In this document: in pieces, positions 23,251 through 34,163 of the stretch
Numbering within the stretch: position 1 is the stretch's first letter
Layout: each line of letters starts with the position of its first letter
Assembly (NCBI GenBank): GCA_963823665.1
Contig: CAWGMQ010000008.1
Span: forward strand, 1,120,001-1,184,000
Direction of reading: 5' to 3'
Length of the DNA: 64,000 nt
Source of the DNA: an uncultured Planctomycetota bacterium
GTDB taxonomy: Bacteria; Planctomycetota; Planctomycetia; Isosphaerales; Isosphaeraceae
Notes under the pieces: generated by a model
The model's database searches: none
Seen by the model: only the letters and a program-made list of their open reading frames with translations
Told to the model about the DNA's origin: nothing
Made by a program: the position numbers and the translations under genes

Positions 23251-24219
23251 ATGCCGATGGCCAAGCTCCGGACGATTGCAGCCTGTTTCGTGGTTGTGGC
23301 CGCGTATTCGTACGGCGTGCGCTCCGCGTCGCCCCAAGACGAGGGCGCGAAAGCCGTATCAAAACCAACGGACGAAGCCACCGAGCGGACGAAAAGAGAC
23401 CCGCCTCCGCCATTCGCACTGCGAGATGACTATGTCGTCGAGCCGCCTGATCTGATTTTCGTGTCGCTCGAGGGAGGGCTTCCCGGAAGGCCCCTCGCCG
23501 GCGAACGCCTCGTGTGCCCCAATGGCAAGATCGCGCTGGCATGGTACGGCTACGTGGATGCCGCCGGGCTTACCGTCGTCGAGATCAAGGAGAAGATCAT
23601 CGCTCGACTCCAGAAGTTCCTACGGGACGAGCAACTCGGACTGGTCGAACTCGACGCGAGTGGCGAGCCCATCGTCGATGCCACAACCGGAAGGCCAAAA
23701 CGTATCGCTCCCAGAGACTCCAAAAAGGTCCGGGTTGAGATCACGCGATGCAACAGTAAGGTCTTCTACGTCCTGGGCGAAGTGCAGTCACCTGGGCGAT
23801 TCGCTCTGACCGGCTCAGAGAGGATACTCGACGCGATTGCCGACGCCGACGGGCCAACTCATGCCGCGAATCTCGATCGCGTCCTGCTTTATCGTGCGAA
23901 TTCTGAAGGCAAGCCCGAGTGCACCACGATCGACGTGAATCAGCTCAAACGTGGCAAGTTTCCGGCAACCAACCGTCCACTCAAGGCCGGCGACCGGTTG
24001 GTCGTCTCCCGCCGTTCGTCAGAAGCGGTGCCGATCCAGCGGGACAAATCTCGTGCTCGCCCCCAACCCGCTGTTGCCGCTGCGTCGCAAAACAAGGATG
24101 GCGAATACCAACGCGCGGGCACGGAAGACGCGTCGTTACAGCGCCTTGAGCAGCGAATGAAAGCGCTCGACCACAAACTCGACCTTGTCCTCGAGGCGAT
24201 TCGAAAGCGGGTTCGATAG
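23251..24219 (+). CDS. Sigma-less Wza-like (Poly_export+SLBB) protein with signal peptide, copy 4
   Basis: MAKLRTIAACFVVVAA signal-like N-terminus, YVVEPPD..AAGLTVVEIKEKI..VFYVLGEVQSPGRF..LKAGDRLVV, C-terminal LEQRMKALDHKLDLVLE. Confidence 0.88.
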   Translation: MPMAKLRTIAACFVVVAAYSYGVRSASPQDEGAKAVSKPTDEATERTKRDPPPPFALRDDYVVEPPDLIFVSLEGGLPGRPLAGERLVCPNGKIALAWYGYVDAAGLTVVEIKEKIIARLQKFLRDEQLGLVELDASGEPIVDATTGRPKRIAPRDSKKVRVEITRCNSKVFYVLGEVQSPGRFALTGSERILDAIADADGPTHAANLDRVLLYRANSEGKPECTTIDVNQLKRGKFPATNRPLKAGDRLVVSRRSSEAVPIQRDKSRARPQPAVAAASQNKDGEYQRAGTEDASLQRLEQRMKALDHKLDLVLEAIRKRVR

Positions 24220-24281
24220 CAATTCGCGAACCCTCGTTGTTCGCTGGTCGCGCCGGCCACGTTTGCAAGTGTCGGAGCGTT

Positions 24282-24475
24282 GCGTTAATTGCGTTTACGT
24301 GGAAGACTGCCGGATCTCCGGTTACGAAAGCCTGATCCCGACGATTGAGCTGCCGGACTCGAACGATCGCCACGTGCTAGCAGCGGCGATCGTCGGCGAA
24401 GCGCATCTGATCATCACGTTCAACCGCGCGGCGACCGCTGCCTCTTTCAGTTGCCTTCTCACGTCGTTACATTAG
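24282..24475 (+). pseudogene. PIN-domain protein remnant
   Basis: VEDCRISGYESLIPTIELPDSNDRHVLAAAIVGEAHLIITFN, with no N-terminus or credible start. Confidence 0.65.
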
Positions 24476-24538
24476 TTGCGCCGAAAGGGGTCGTGCCGGG
24501 CTGCGCGGGAGGTTCCTGTACGGGGAGAAGCGATCACC

Positions 24539-25411
24539 ATGCGCTGGGCAACAGTTGCAACCGAAGAGGGGCCAAGGGTTTGCGGTGTGATCGGAGGTGA
24601 GTATGTCGACGTGAACTCGGCCGATCCGGAAATGCCGACGACGCTGCGCGGGCTTTTGAAGCTGGGGCCGGGGTGGCAGCGGAAGGCCTGGGATGCGCTG
24701 AACCGCGGAGTTGTGCGGCATGAGCCGGCGCGTGTCCGCCACCTGGCTCCGGTGCCGGACCCGCAAAAGATCATTTGCATCGGGCTGAATTATCGCGATC
24801 ATGCTGCGGAGAGCGGAGTTGCGCCGCCGGATGAGCCGGTGATGTTCAGTAAATACTCCAGTGCCTTGATTGGCGACGGCGAGATGATTATCCTTCCATC
24901 TGTCAGCGAGCAGGTGGACTATGAGGCAGAGCTTGTCGTTGTGATCGGCCGAAGCGGACGGCACATCCCACGCGAGCGGGCTTTCGAGCATGTTGGCGGT
25001 TACGCGGTCGGGCACGATGTCTCGGCGCGCGACTGGCAGCTCAACAAGCCTGGCAAGCAGTGGATGGCCGGGAAGACCTTCGACACGTTCGCGCCTGTGG
25101 GGCCGGTGCTGGTAACACCGGACGAAGTTCCCGATCCCCACAAACTCGGCATCCGGCTGCGCCTCAACGGGCAGACGATGCAGGAGTCCAGTACCAGCCA
25201 GCTTATCTTTGGAGTGGACGAGCTGATCGCTTACGTGTCGCAGGTCTTCACACTTGAACCAGGCGACTTGATCTTCACAGGAACCCCGCCGGGAGTGGGC
25301 ATGGCGAGAAAACCCCCGGTGTGGCTCAAGCACGGAGACCGTGTCGAAGTCGAGATCGATCATCTGGGAACGTTGCGAAATTCGGTCGCCGCAGAAACTA
25401 TCACCAATTGA
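24539..25411 (+). CDS. Fumarylacetoacetate hydrolase family protein
   Basis: KIICIGLNYRDHA, VDYEAEL, HDVSARDWQ, GKTFDTFAPVGP, LEPGDLIFTGTPPGVG. Confidence 0.93.
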   Translation: MRWATVATEEGPRVCGVIGGEYVDVNSADPEMPTTLRGLLKLGPGWQRKAWDALNRGVVRHEPARVRHLAPVPDPQKIICIGLNYRDHAAESGVAPPDEPVMFSKYSSALIGDGEMIILPSVSEQVDYEAELVVVIGRSGRHIPRERAFEHVGGYAVGHDVSARDWQLNKPGKQWMAGKTFDTFAPVGPVLVTPDEVPDPHKLGIRLRLNGQTMQESSTSQLIFGVDELIAYVSQVFTLEPGDLIFTGTPPGVGMARKPPVWLKHGDRVEVEIDHLGTLRNSVAAETITN

Positions 25412-25502
25412 CCCGCCGAAATCGAGAATCGGCCTTCCTCAGAGAAGTCAGCTTAAGATAAAATTACGATGTCATCCCAGCCCGGACTGAAGGAGCGCCA
25501 CG

Positions 25503-26126
25503 ATGAGCATTGCGTCCGAGAAGCCGCAGCTTTCGGGATATGGACAGCCCACCTGGGATGTCGCCAGGCTCTTCCCCGCCCAGGGGTGCTGGACCGAGGA
25601 AGATTACCTCGAGCTCAAACCGAATCGCTGGGTGGAGTTCTCGCACGGGTTCGTTGAATTCCTGGCGACTCCGACGCTCTCACACCAGCTTGCGGCGCTC
25701 TATCTTTATCGCACCCTCGAGACGTTTGTCTCGACTCGTGAGCTGGGCACTGCACTCGCCGGGCCTTATCGGGTGCGCCTGTGGGAAGGCAAGTACCGTG
25801 AGCCCGACGTGCTGTTCGTGGCCGGCAAGCACGCATCACGCCTGACCGAGAATTACTGCAAAGGGGCCGACCTCGTGATGGAGGTCGTGAGCGACGGCGA
25901 GGAGAGCCACCGGCTCGACCGTGAGACGAAGCGCGATGAGTACGCCAAGGCCCGCATTCCGGAATACTGGATCGTTGACCCCGAGCAGGCCAGGATCACC
26001 GTGCTGATCCTCGACGGCCGGTCATATCGAGAGCTCGGCGAATACTCGCGCGGCGAGACAGCCCAATCCAGGTTGATTCCCGGGTTTTGCGTCGACGTGA
26101 CCTCGGCGATCAACGCCAAGCGGTGA
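25503..26126 (+). CDS. Uma2 family endonuclease
   Basis: WTEEDYL, YREPDVLFV, GADLVMEVVS, KRDEYAKARIPEYWIVDP. Confidence 0.92.
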   Translation: MSIASEKPQLSGYGQPTWDVARLFPAQGCWTEEDYLELKPNRWVEFSHGFVEFLATPTLSHQLAALYLYRTLETFVSTRELGTALAGPYRVRLWEGKYREPDVLFVAGKHASRLTENYCKGADLVMEVVSDGEESHRLDRETKRDEYAKARIPEYWIVDPEQARITVLILDGRSYRELGEYSRGETAQSRLIPGFCVDVTSAINAKR

Positions 26127-26143
26127 GCCGTGAGCGCGGGGTT

Positions 26144-26360
26144 CTCGGGGATGACGCCCCGAGCCATACGGTGCCGCCCCCTACGGGGGCTCTGATTCTG
26201 GCGCGGGCATCCCGACGTCTCGGGGTTCACACCCCGAGCTTTATGATGCCGCCCCCTGCGGGGGCTCTGATTTTGGCGCGGGCATTTCGACGTCTCGGGG
26301 TTCACACCCCGAGCTTTATGATGCCGCCCCCTACGGGGGCTTTGATCCTCGCGCGGGCAT
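26144..26360. repeat. Three tandem 75-bp double-hairpin REP-like units between convergent genes
   Basis: Units start at 26144, 26219 and 26294. Each contains CTCGGGG..CCCCGAG and GCCCCC..GGGGGC. Confidence 0.85.
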
Positions 26361-26361
26361 C

Positions 26362-27331
26362 TCACCTGGGTGGATCAGCGGGCGGCTCTTGCTCGCGTCT
26401 GGCTCTGCCGACGGTCGCGGGCTTGGGGCGGGGGGTTCCGGGTGGGGCCATCGCCAGGCTCAAGCGGTTTGAGAGCTGGTGAGCCTGCGCGAAGTCTGGC
26501 GCGAGTCGCATTGCCTCCCGGGCCGCGGTGAGTGCATCTGCCGTTTTGTGGTGGGCCTCGAACGCGAGCGCCAGATGGTAATAAATATCCGCGCGGCCGG
26601 GCAGCGCGGATCGCGTGCTGAAGATCGGTGACTGCCGAATCGGTGTGCCCGAGCGCCAGTTGCGCGCGGCCCCGCAGGAACCGCGCCTCACCGTCGTCAG
26701 CAGCCATCTCCAGCACGCGGTCCAATCGTGAGAGCGCCTGCTCGGGCTGGTTGCGCGAGAGCTGAATGGCGGCGATGCAGCGGCTGGCCTGGGCATGGTT
26801 GGGCTCGCACTCGAGCGCCCTGAAGTATTCGGCCAGGGCCGGGTCGATCTGGCCCATGATCTGGAGCACGCTGCCGAGCGAGAAGTGCGCCTGAGTGCGA
26901 TGAGGGTCGATCTCGATCGCGGTCTCGAACCGTTTGCGGGCTGACTCTGCGTCGCCCTCGAGCGTCTCGACCTGGCCCAGCCCGATGACGGCATCCACAT
27001 AATCGGGATCGATCTTGAGGGCACGACTGAAGCAATCCTTCGCTTCAGCCAGACGGCCGTCGAGGAGGTAGACCGCACCGAGGCGCTGTTGAGCAACCGC
27101 CGAGGCCGGCGTGCGGGCGACTTGCTGCTCGAGCGCGGCCTCGGCCGCGGCGACGTCTCCATGATCGATCGCCGTCTGAGCGTGCTCGATCACCTGCTGC
27201 GCCTGCGCGGCCTCTTCCGGAGTCGGCGTGGGTCTGTCAGACCATCGGCGCAGCCCGACCCAGTTGCACCCGGCCTGAGCCGCGAGCAGCGAGAGCAAAA
27301 CCGCCCATTCGGCGAAAAAACCGCGCCGCAT
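26362..27331 (-). CDS. TPR-repeat lipoprotein (frameshift near 26605)
   Basis: LLSLLAAQAGC lipobox-like signal and serial TPRs. The C-terminus (ADIYYHLALAFEA..) is in frame 26362..27162. Confidence 0.8.
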
Positions 27332-27502
27332 GGTCAACTGGTCCCTTCCCTGGGACTTCGACGCTCGTACCAACCTCCGCCAACTCGACATGCAGCCGTA
27401 CTTTACGTCAAGTTGCCGAGGTGGTCAATGTGGGTTGGGATGGACTGCAGGGTAAGGCGAATCGAACTATCTAATGACGGATGAGAGACTTACGGCAATG
27501 AA

Positions 27503-27551
27503 GTGCCAAGGGCTGAAGCCCGTGGCTATTGACCTGGGCCCCGTTGGGGCC
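27503..27551. repeat. 49-bp double-hairpin repeat, copy 1
   Basis: GTGCCAAGGGCTGAAGCCCGTGGCTATTGACCTGGGCCCCGTTGGGGCC, 48/49 identical to 33450-33498. Confidence 0.85.
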
Positions 27552-27809
27552 CTCGTCGATGCCGGTCGCGACTGGGTTCAGACCAATGATTGTCCGACAC
27601 CGAGAAACCGCGGGCGGAGACCGTGAAAAGATCCACAAATGGACGGCTGGCCATTGAAGCCGCCCGAAGCGTCAAGGTGTAATCGCGGTTTCTGTCACAA
27701 TCCCTCGCCAAACAGCCATCTTCCTGGAAACGAGTTTTGGCCAGGTCGGCTCGAGAGGCTGGATTGAGCGACGAGCAGTCGATGGATCAGCAACGAACGG
27801 GGCGATGCC

Positions 27810-30800
27810 ATGAGCGAGCACCTCAGCGATCATCTGAGCGGACTTGACGTCGACGTCATCCGTCACATCGACGCCGCGTGCCGCCGTTTTGAGGGCGACT
27901 GGCGTGAGGGCCGGCAACCGAGCGTCGAGGACTATCTGGTTGAGGTACCCGAAGAAGGCCGGAAGGCGGCGCGCGGTGAGCTCGAGGCGCTGCGCGCGAG
28001 CTAGAGGAGAACAAAACTCTGCCTGGCGGGCCGGTTTCGTCGGTGCACGAGGACGAGACGGTGCCGCCCCGGGCGGCTCAGACGGTGGACCTCGGATCGT
28101 CGGCGCCGCCGTCGTCTGCTCGGACACAACCGGCGCGCATCCGCTACTTTGGCGATTACGAGATTATTCGCGAGCTGGCTCGCGGCGGTATGGGTGTCGT
28201 GTTCGAGGCGCGGCAGGTGAGCCTCAACCGTAAGGTCGCGCTCAAAATGATCCTCGCGGGACAGCTTGCGGAGGAGACCGACGTCAAGCGATTCCACACC
28301 GAGGCCGAAGCGGCGGCGAACCTCGACCATCCGGGCATCGTGCCGATCTTCGAAGTTGGGCAGCACGAGAGCCAGCATTACTTTTCCATGGGATTCGTCG
28401 AAGGGCAAAGCCTCGCCGGGCGCCTGGCCGGAGGGCCACTCCCGCCGCGGCAGGCCGCGGAGCTGATCCGGCGCGTGAGCGATGCCATCGAATATGCCCA
28501 CCAACACGGTGTGATCCATCGCGACCTCAAGCCGGCCAACATCCTGCTCGACGCGCAGGGCAACCCGAGAGTCACCGACTTTGGACTGGCAAAGAAGGTC
28601 CAGGGCGATAGCGGACTCACGGGATCGGGCCAGATCATGGGAACGCCGAGCTATATGCCGCCGGAGCAGGCCGGGGGCAAGCGAGGCGACGTGGGCCCGG
28701 CTGCGGACGTGTATGCGCTCGGGGCCACGCTTTACGCCTTGTTGATTGGCCGGCCGCCGTTTCAGGCGGCCACGGCGATGGACACGGTCATCCAGGTGTT
28801 GAGCGAAGAGGCGGTCCCGCCGCGGCGGCTGAATGCGGCGATTCCGCTCGATCTGGAAACGATCTGCCTGAAATGTCTGGAAAAGGAGCCTGCGCGGCGC
28901 TACGCGAGCGCGGCGGCGCTCGGCGCGGAGCTGGGCCGGTTTCTCTCAGGCGAGCCGATCCTGGCGCGGCCGGTCGGCGCGCCGAGCGGCTGTGGCGCTG
29001 GTGCCGGCGGAATCCGGTCGTTGCCGGACTGGGTGCCTCCGTGGCGGCGCTGCTTCTGTTTGTCGCCGCGGCCGGGGCGGTTGTGGCCGTCAGGCTTGCT
29101 CATCTCCGCGATATCGCGGAGATGAAAGCGAGCGATGCGCGCAAGGCGCAGGCCCAGGCCGAGCTTGCCCACCAGGGCGAAGCGGCCCGTCGGCTCGAGG
29201 CGGAGGCGGCCGGCTATGACGCCAGCACCAAGGCCCTGGCCGCAGATCAGGCACTCGTCCAATCGTATCTCAGCCAGGCCGAGAATCTGCGCAACCTCGC
29301 GCAACCCGGCCGGCGCGACAAGGCAATCGATCTCCTCAAGCGAGCCGCGGGCTTGAAGCACGACACGGACAGTCTCGCCGCCAAGCTCGGAGCCGACACC
29401 GCCGGACGGCGGACCGCCATGGTGCAGTTCTGGCGCGACGAGCGCCCTCGATTGCGGAGCGAGGCCACGCGCTGGATTGGCGAGTCGTCGTTGAAGCTTG
29501 TATTCGACGCGCGCTTCCCCGTCGTCATGCGGTCTCCGCGCGGTGGAAATTACACCGTCGTGCCGTCTCGCGCCTGCCTGGCGACGAGCGACGATGGAAA
29601 ATGGCTGGCGTTCTACCACGTCGGATTTGAAGGAACGGATCCGACGCCCGCCAAATTCGTGGAGATCATCAAGACGGATACCGGCGAAGTGCGCCGCACG
29701 CTGAAGGTCGGCGCGCACAACACGCTCAGCCGGATGAGCGCTCTGGCCTTTGATGCGAACGATGAAGACTTGCTGGTGGCCAGGATCGAGCCTGACTTCA
29801 ACAAGCACCGGCTGGTGTGCATCGTCGAGCGATGGTCGCGCGTCTCGGGCGAGTTCAAGGGAACCACGACCTTGCCGGTTTCGGATACCGGCCCACAAGA
29901 CCTGTCGCCCGGCCCGACGGGCGGCCGGCTGGTCTTCGGTCTCGACCGGCGAGCTTTGCTATCGATACCCAGCTTGCCCGACAAGCGGTCGACGGTGTGG
30001 AACGTGACCACCGCGAAGCCGATGCGCGACTTTGACAAAGACTTTACACCGGAGGCGTTTTTCCCGGGTGGCAATCGTGTCATCGGCACGATGGGATCGG
30101 AGATCAGCATACGCGATGTGGTGACCGGCAACGTGATCAAACACTGGCCTATGCCGGATGGACTGGTCTCGATTCTGGGAAATCTGCGAACCGCGCCGCG
30201 CATGGAGATTCCCTATGCCACCCAGCCTGACGCACAAAGCCTGTGGGTCAGCCCCGACGGCTCGATCGTGGCCGTGATCGGCCAGCGTCCCAGCTCAGAG
30301 AATCGCTTGAATCACACGCAATTGCCTCGAATGATCTACCTGTTCGACGCCGAGACGACGCAGGTGCGCGTGCGCATTCCGGTCCCCGACTTCCCGTCGA
30401 GCGGTTTGCAGACCGGCCCGGCTCCGGTGCTGGCCTTTGACAGCACGAGCCGCCTGCTGGCGGTGGCGACCGGCAAGAGCCTGTCGATGTTCTCGATCCC
30501 GGAGGGCACGCTGTTGATCTCGGAGGCGACGCCGCCGATGGGCATTCCGGCTGCCAGCCCCGCGGTGGCGACGCCGGACTGGGCGTCGACGATCCCGATC
30601 GGCCTACTTTTCGCCGCAGGCGCGAGCCGGCTGTTCGCGGGCGCGCATTTGCCCGATCTAACCGGCTCATCGCGCAGCCCTTCGGCCGCCGCTCAGCTTG
30701 TCGGGCAGGGGGTACAATCCTGGGACCTGACGCTGCCCAAAGTCAGAATCGAGGACTACTCTCATGATGGGGCAGTGCGGGCGGTGAAGCTCGACGCGCG

Positions 30801-33355
30801 AACGAGAGTCATGACCTCCGCCGGTGACGATCGGACCATCCGGGTCCGCGACCGAGGGGGTCGCCTCCGTTGGTCGGTTGGGTATCCAGGGCAGGGTAGC
30901 GCGTTCTCTGGATTCGCTGCGACGGATCAGGGGCAGAAACCCTGCGGCAGCGGCGCGTTCGATCCGACGGGCGGTGCGTTCTTCACGTTTCTTCCCGACC
31001 GCGTCGACATCTGGGATTCAGCCACGGCCGAGCGGCGAGCTTCCTTCTCTTCGATCCTTGCCGTGAGCGCCGATCGCCGGTACGTGGTGGTGCCATGGGC
31101 CGAGGGCCCCGCGCCGGCGCGAGCTCAGAGTCCATGATGTGTCGAAAAACGCCACGGCCCTGTCCATCCCCTTGGAGCAACAGCCCCTGATCGAGAGATT
31201 CAACGCGTCGGGATTTCAGGGAATGACGCAGGTCTTCCCGCGGGCGTCGTTCAGTCCCGACGCCCATTTCGTGATCGTCGGTGAGCGAGCGATTCCCGGG
31301 CGGCCAACTGAAAAGCCGGTCCTCCGGATTGGCGACCTGGCGGCGGGGCGTGTTGTTGCGACGCTGCCGGGAGGGGGATACGACTGGGCAGTCGGGCCGG
31401 CGAGCAAGGTGCTCGTGATGCCAGTTGTGGAAGGCGACCACGCGGTGTTTCGCGCATATGAGCTGGCCACCGGTCGACCGATCAGTGAATTCACGAGCCC
31501 GACTGCCGGTTTCTCGCCCGCTCCTCTCAATTACCGCGAGAGTCTTTCCTCCTGGATCAGTTCGGACGATCGCAAGATGGTGGTGAGGCTCGCGAAGGGG
31601 GCCTATCCGCGACAAGAAGTGAGCTTATGCCTCTGGACGTTTGCGGACAATCAGACCATCGCGATTCCCATCGACGGCGACTGGGAGGCGAGAGCGATGC
31701 CTACCGAACAGTGGATGTATCTCAATCAAGATGCGACGCGGCTGCTCATTTCGGGATCGAAGAAAACCGGTTCGAACAGTGCGCAGCCTGTTGTCGAGCT
31801 ATGGGATCTCACCGAGCGCCGGCGGTTGATGTCGACCGCCGACGCTGGGCCCAAGCTCACGATCGGCGTGCCCAGGCTGATTTACCATCGCGGGCAGAAC
31901 GCATTCACGACGTGCCACGACCCCGCGTCAAGCCCGGAGCGCATCGGAGCCATCCTGTGGGAGACCGCGACCGGCAAGGTCATCGGCCGCTACAAGGCCG
32001 TTCTCCCGGAACAATCAGAAGATGGCGACTACCTCAAGGTGAGCTACCAGGGTCCCGAATCGCTGATCTCGCTCAAGACGCACGAAGTCCGCACGTTTTC
32101 CAAGGTACGATTTCACATGATTCTTGGCGTACCCGGGCGGCGGACCGCCGTCACGAGCCCGAGCGTGGTGATCGGGGGGTCCGGCGGTTCGTTGTTTGAT
32201 GTCACGCTGACCGATCTCGAGACCGGTCGCACGCGGGCTGTGCTGCACGATCAAGAGGTGCTCACCGGCGCCTTCACGCCGGACGGCAAGCGGCTCGCGA
32301 CGCTCTCGCGGCAAACGCCGTACGCACTGAACGTATGGGACGTCGAGACCGGCAAGGCCGTGCGCTCGGTGCCGTTGCCTAACGCCCTCTACAGCCTCCG
32401 CTCGAGCCTGGGCAGGTTTACCCAGCAGGGCACGAACGTCACCGATGTTCATTTCACACTGGATGGCAAGAAGCTCTCGCTCAATCTGAATGACCGGTTC
32501 CGCGTGCTGGAAGTCGAGAGCGGCCGGATGGTCGCGATCGACCGGCCCGGCCACCGGGCCACGATCCGCGCGGTGGATTCCAGCAGCGACGGTGCACTCG
32601 TCGTCTCGGCGGGCGACGATGCGTCTGTCTGCCTGTGGGATGGCGCCGACGGTCGCTTTCTCGCGATGCTCGAGGAAGAAAGCGAGCCGATCGCGGCGGT
32701 GAGCTTCAGCTCGGGGGCGCGGCACCTCGCGGTGCGCACGCAAAGCGGTCGTGTGCGACTCTGGAAACTGGACCGAGCGGAGGCAAGCGGGCGAATCCGT
32801 GTGAATGCAACGCCGGTGTGGAATACAACCTCGCTGGGCCCGGCCGCCGGCGCCCCGGCGACTTCGGGGCCGGTTTTTGTTGCCGAGGGAGGGCCGGTCG
32901 CGTTTGGCGTCGCGGACGGAACGATCGCTCTACGCGACACGGCGGACGGGAGCGTCAAGCGTATGCTCAAACCCGAGTCTGGGCAGACTGGTGTGACGGC
33001 CCTGAGCTTGCAGCCTGGTGGGAGCCGCCTGGCCGGGGCAGACGCAAGCGGGGTCATACGCATCTGGGACCTATCCACGGAAACACCGCCCGCGCGACTT
33101 GCCACCGAGGGAGGCGAGATCCGAGCGCTCGCGTTCGGGGGGAATACGCTTGCCGTCGCGGGCCGGTACGTCGAGCTGTGGGATGTCGACGCAGGAGTAC
33201 CGATTGTGCGGCTGGAAGCCGACGTGCGCAAGGTTTCTTGCATTGATCTTTCCGCAGATGGTCGAACCCTGGCGTGGGGAGACGATCGGAAGCTCACTTG
33301 CCGGGATGTTCAGGAGCTGCGGCGACTGATGGGGGAGATTGAGCTGGGTTGGTAG
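27810..33355 (+). CDS. Large Ser/Thr kinase with beta-propeller/WD40 C-terminus (frameshifts near 28000, 28980 and 31120)
   Basis: N-terminal [16 protein letters not shown]. Kinase [33 protein letters not shown], then WD40-like repeats in ORFs 28873..31137 and 31139..33355. Confidence 0.82.
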
Positions 33356-33449
33356 GGTGATCAACGAGAAGACAAGCGTCGGGATTTGAGGTTGGAGGTG
33401 GGCGGTCTGGGCAACGCGGGTGCGGACGAGAAGAGGACGTGTTTTCAGG

Positions 33450-33498
33450 GTGCCAAGGGCTGAAGCCCGTGGCTATTGACCTGGGCTCCGTTGGGGCC
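33450..33498. repeat. 49-bp double-hairpin repeat, copy 2 (overlaps the DsbA stop)
   Basis: Same orientation as 27503-27551, with one C/T difference. Confidence 0.85.
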
Positions 33499-34123
33499 GA
33501 GCGGTTGTGAACGCATCGAGGAACGCATCTGGCGGCTGTGCGCCCGACAGCGTGAGCTCGTTGTTGATGATGAAGAAGGGAACGCCGCTGACTCGATGCC
33601 GCCGAGACAGGTCGTCGGCTTCCTTGATTGCGTTCATCCCTACCTGGCTGTTCAGCGTGGATTCGGCGAGTTGCCGATCCAGCCCTGCTTCAGCGATCAC
33701 GTCGATGAGTGTCTGGCGATTGCTGATGTCTCTGCCGTCGGTGAAATAGGCTTGGAAGAAGGAGTCAACGACGGCGTTTTGACAGCCAAGCTGGCCGGCA
33801 AGCCAGATAAGCCGGTGGGCATCCACGGTGTTCGGTGTTCGATCAATCCGGTCAAAGGCTAAGCGGATGCCTTCGGTTTCCCCGACCGCAACCACCTTCG
33901 CGTCAAGCTCCAGCGACCGCTCCCAACTGCCGAACTTTCTGATGCGATACTCCTTGCGGCTGATGCCTCCGATCGGCATCGTCGGATTGAGCTGGAATGG
34001 GTGCCAGCGAACTTGAATCTCGTGCTGGCCTTCAGAGGCGACGATCGCCTTCTCGAGCCGCTTCTTGCCGATGTAGCACCAAGGGCAGATGACGTCGGAG
34101 ATCACGTCGATCGTGAGATTCAT
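33473..34123 (-). CDS. DsbA/FrnE family oxidoreductase
   Basis: MNLTIDVISDVICPWCYIGKKRL, WHPFQLNP, NTVDAHRL, VSGVPFFII, SGAQP. Confidence 0.9.
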   Translation of the reverse strand: MNLTIDVISDVICPWCYIGKKRLEKAIVASEGQHEIQVRWHPFQLNPTMPIGGISRKEYRIRKFGSWERSLELDAKVVAVGETEGIRLAFDRIDRTPNTVDAHRLIWLAGQLGCQNAVVDSFFQAYFTDGRDISNRQTLIDVIAEAGLDRQLAESTLNSQVGMNAIKEADDLSRRHRVSGVPFFIINNELTLSGAQPPDAFLDAFTTARPQRSPGQ

Positions 34124-34163
34124 GACGACTTTCGTCTCGAAATAGTCTCTACTCCGCTTCAAT

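Noticed and set aside
26144..26360. Possible CRISPR array
   Set aside because: Whole 75-bp units repeat with no unique spacers, and there are no cas genes.
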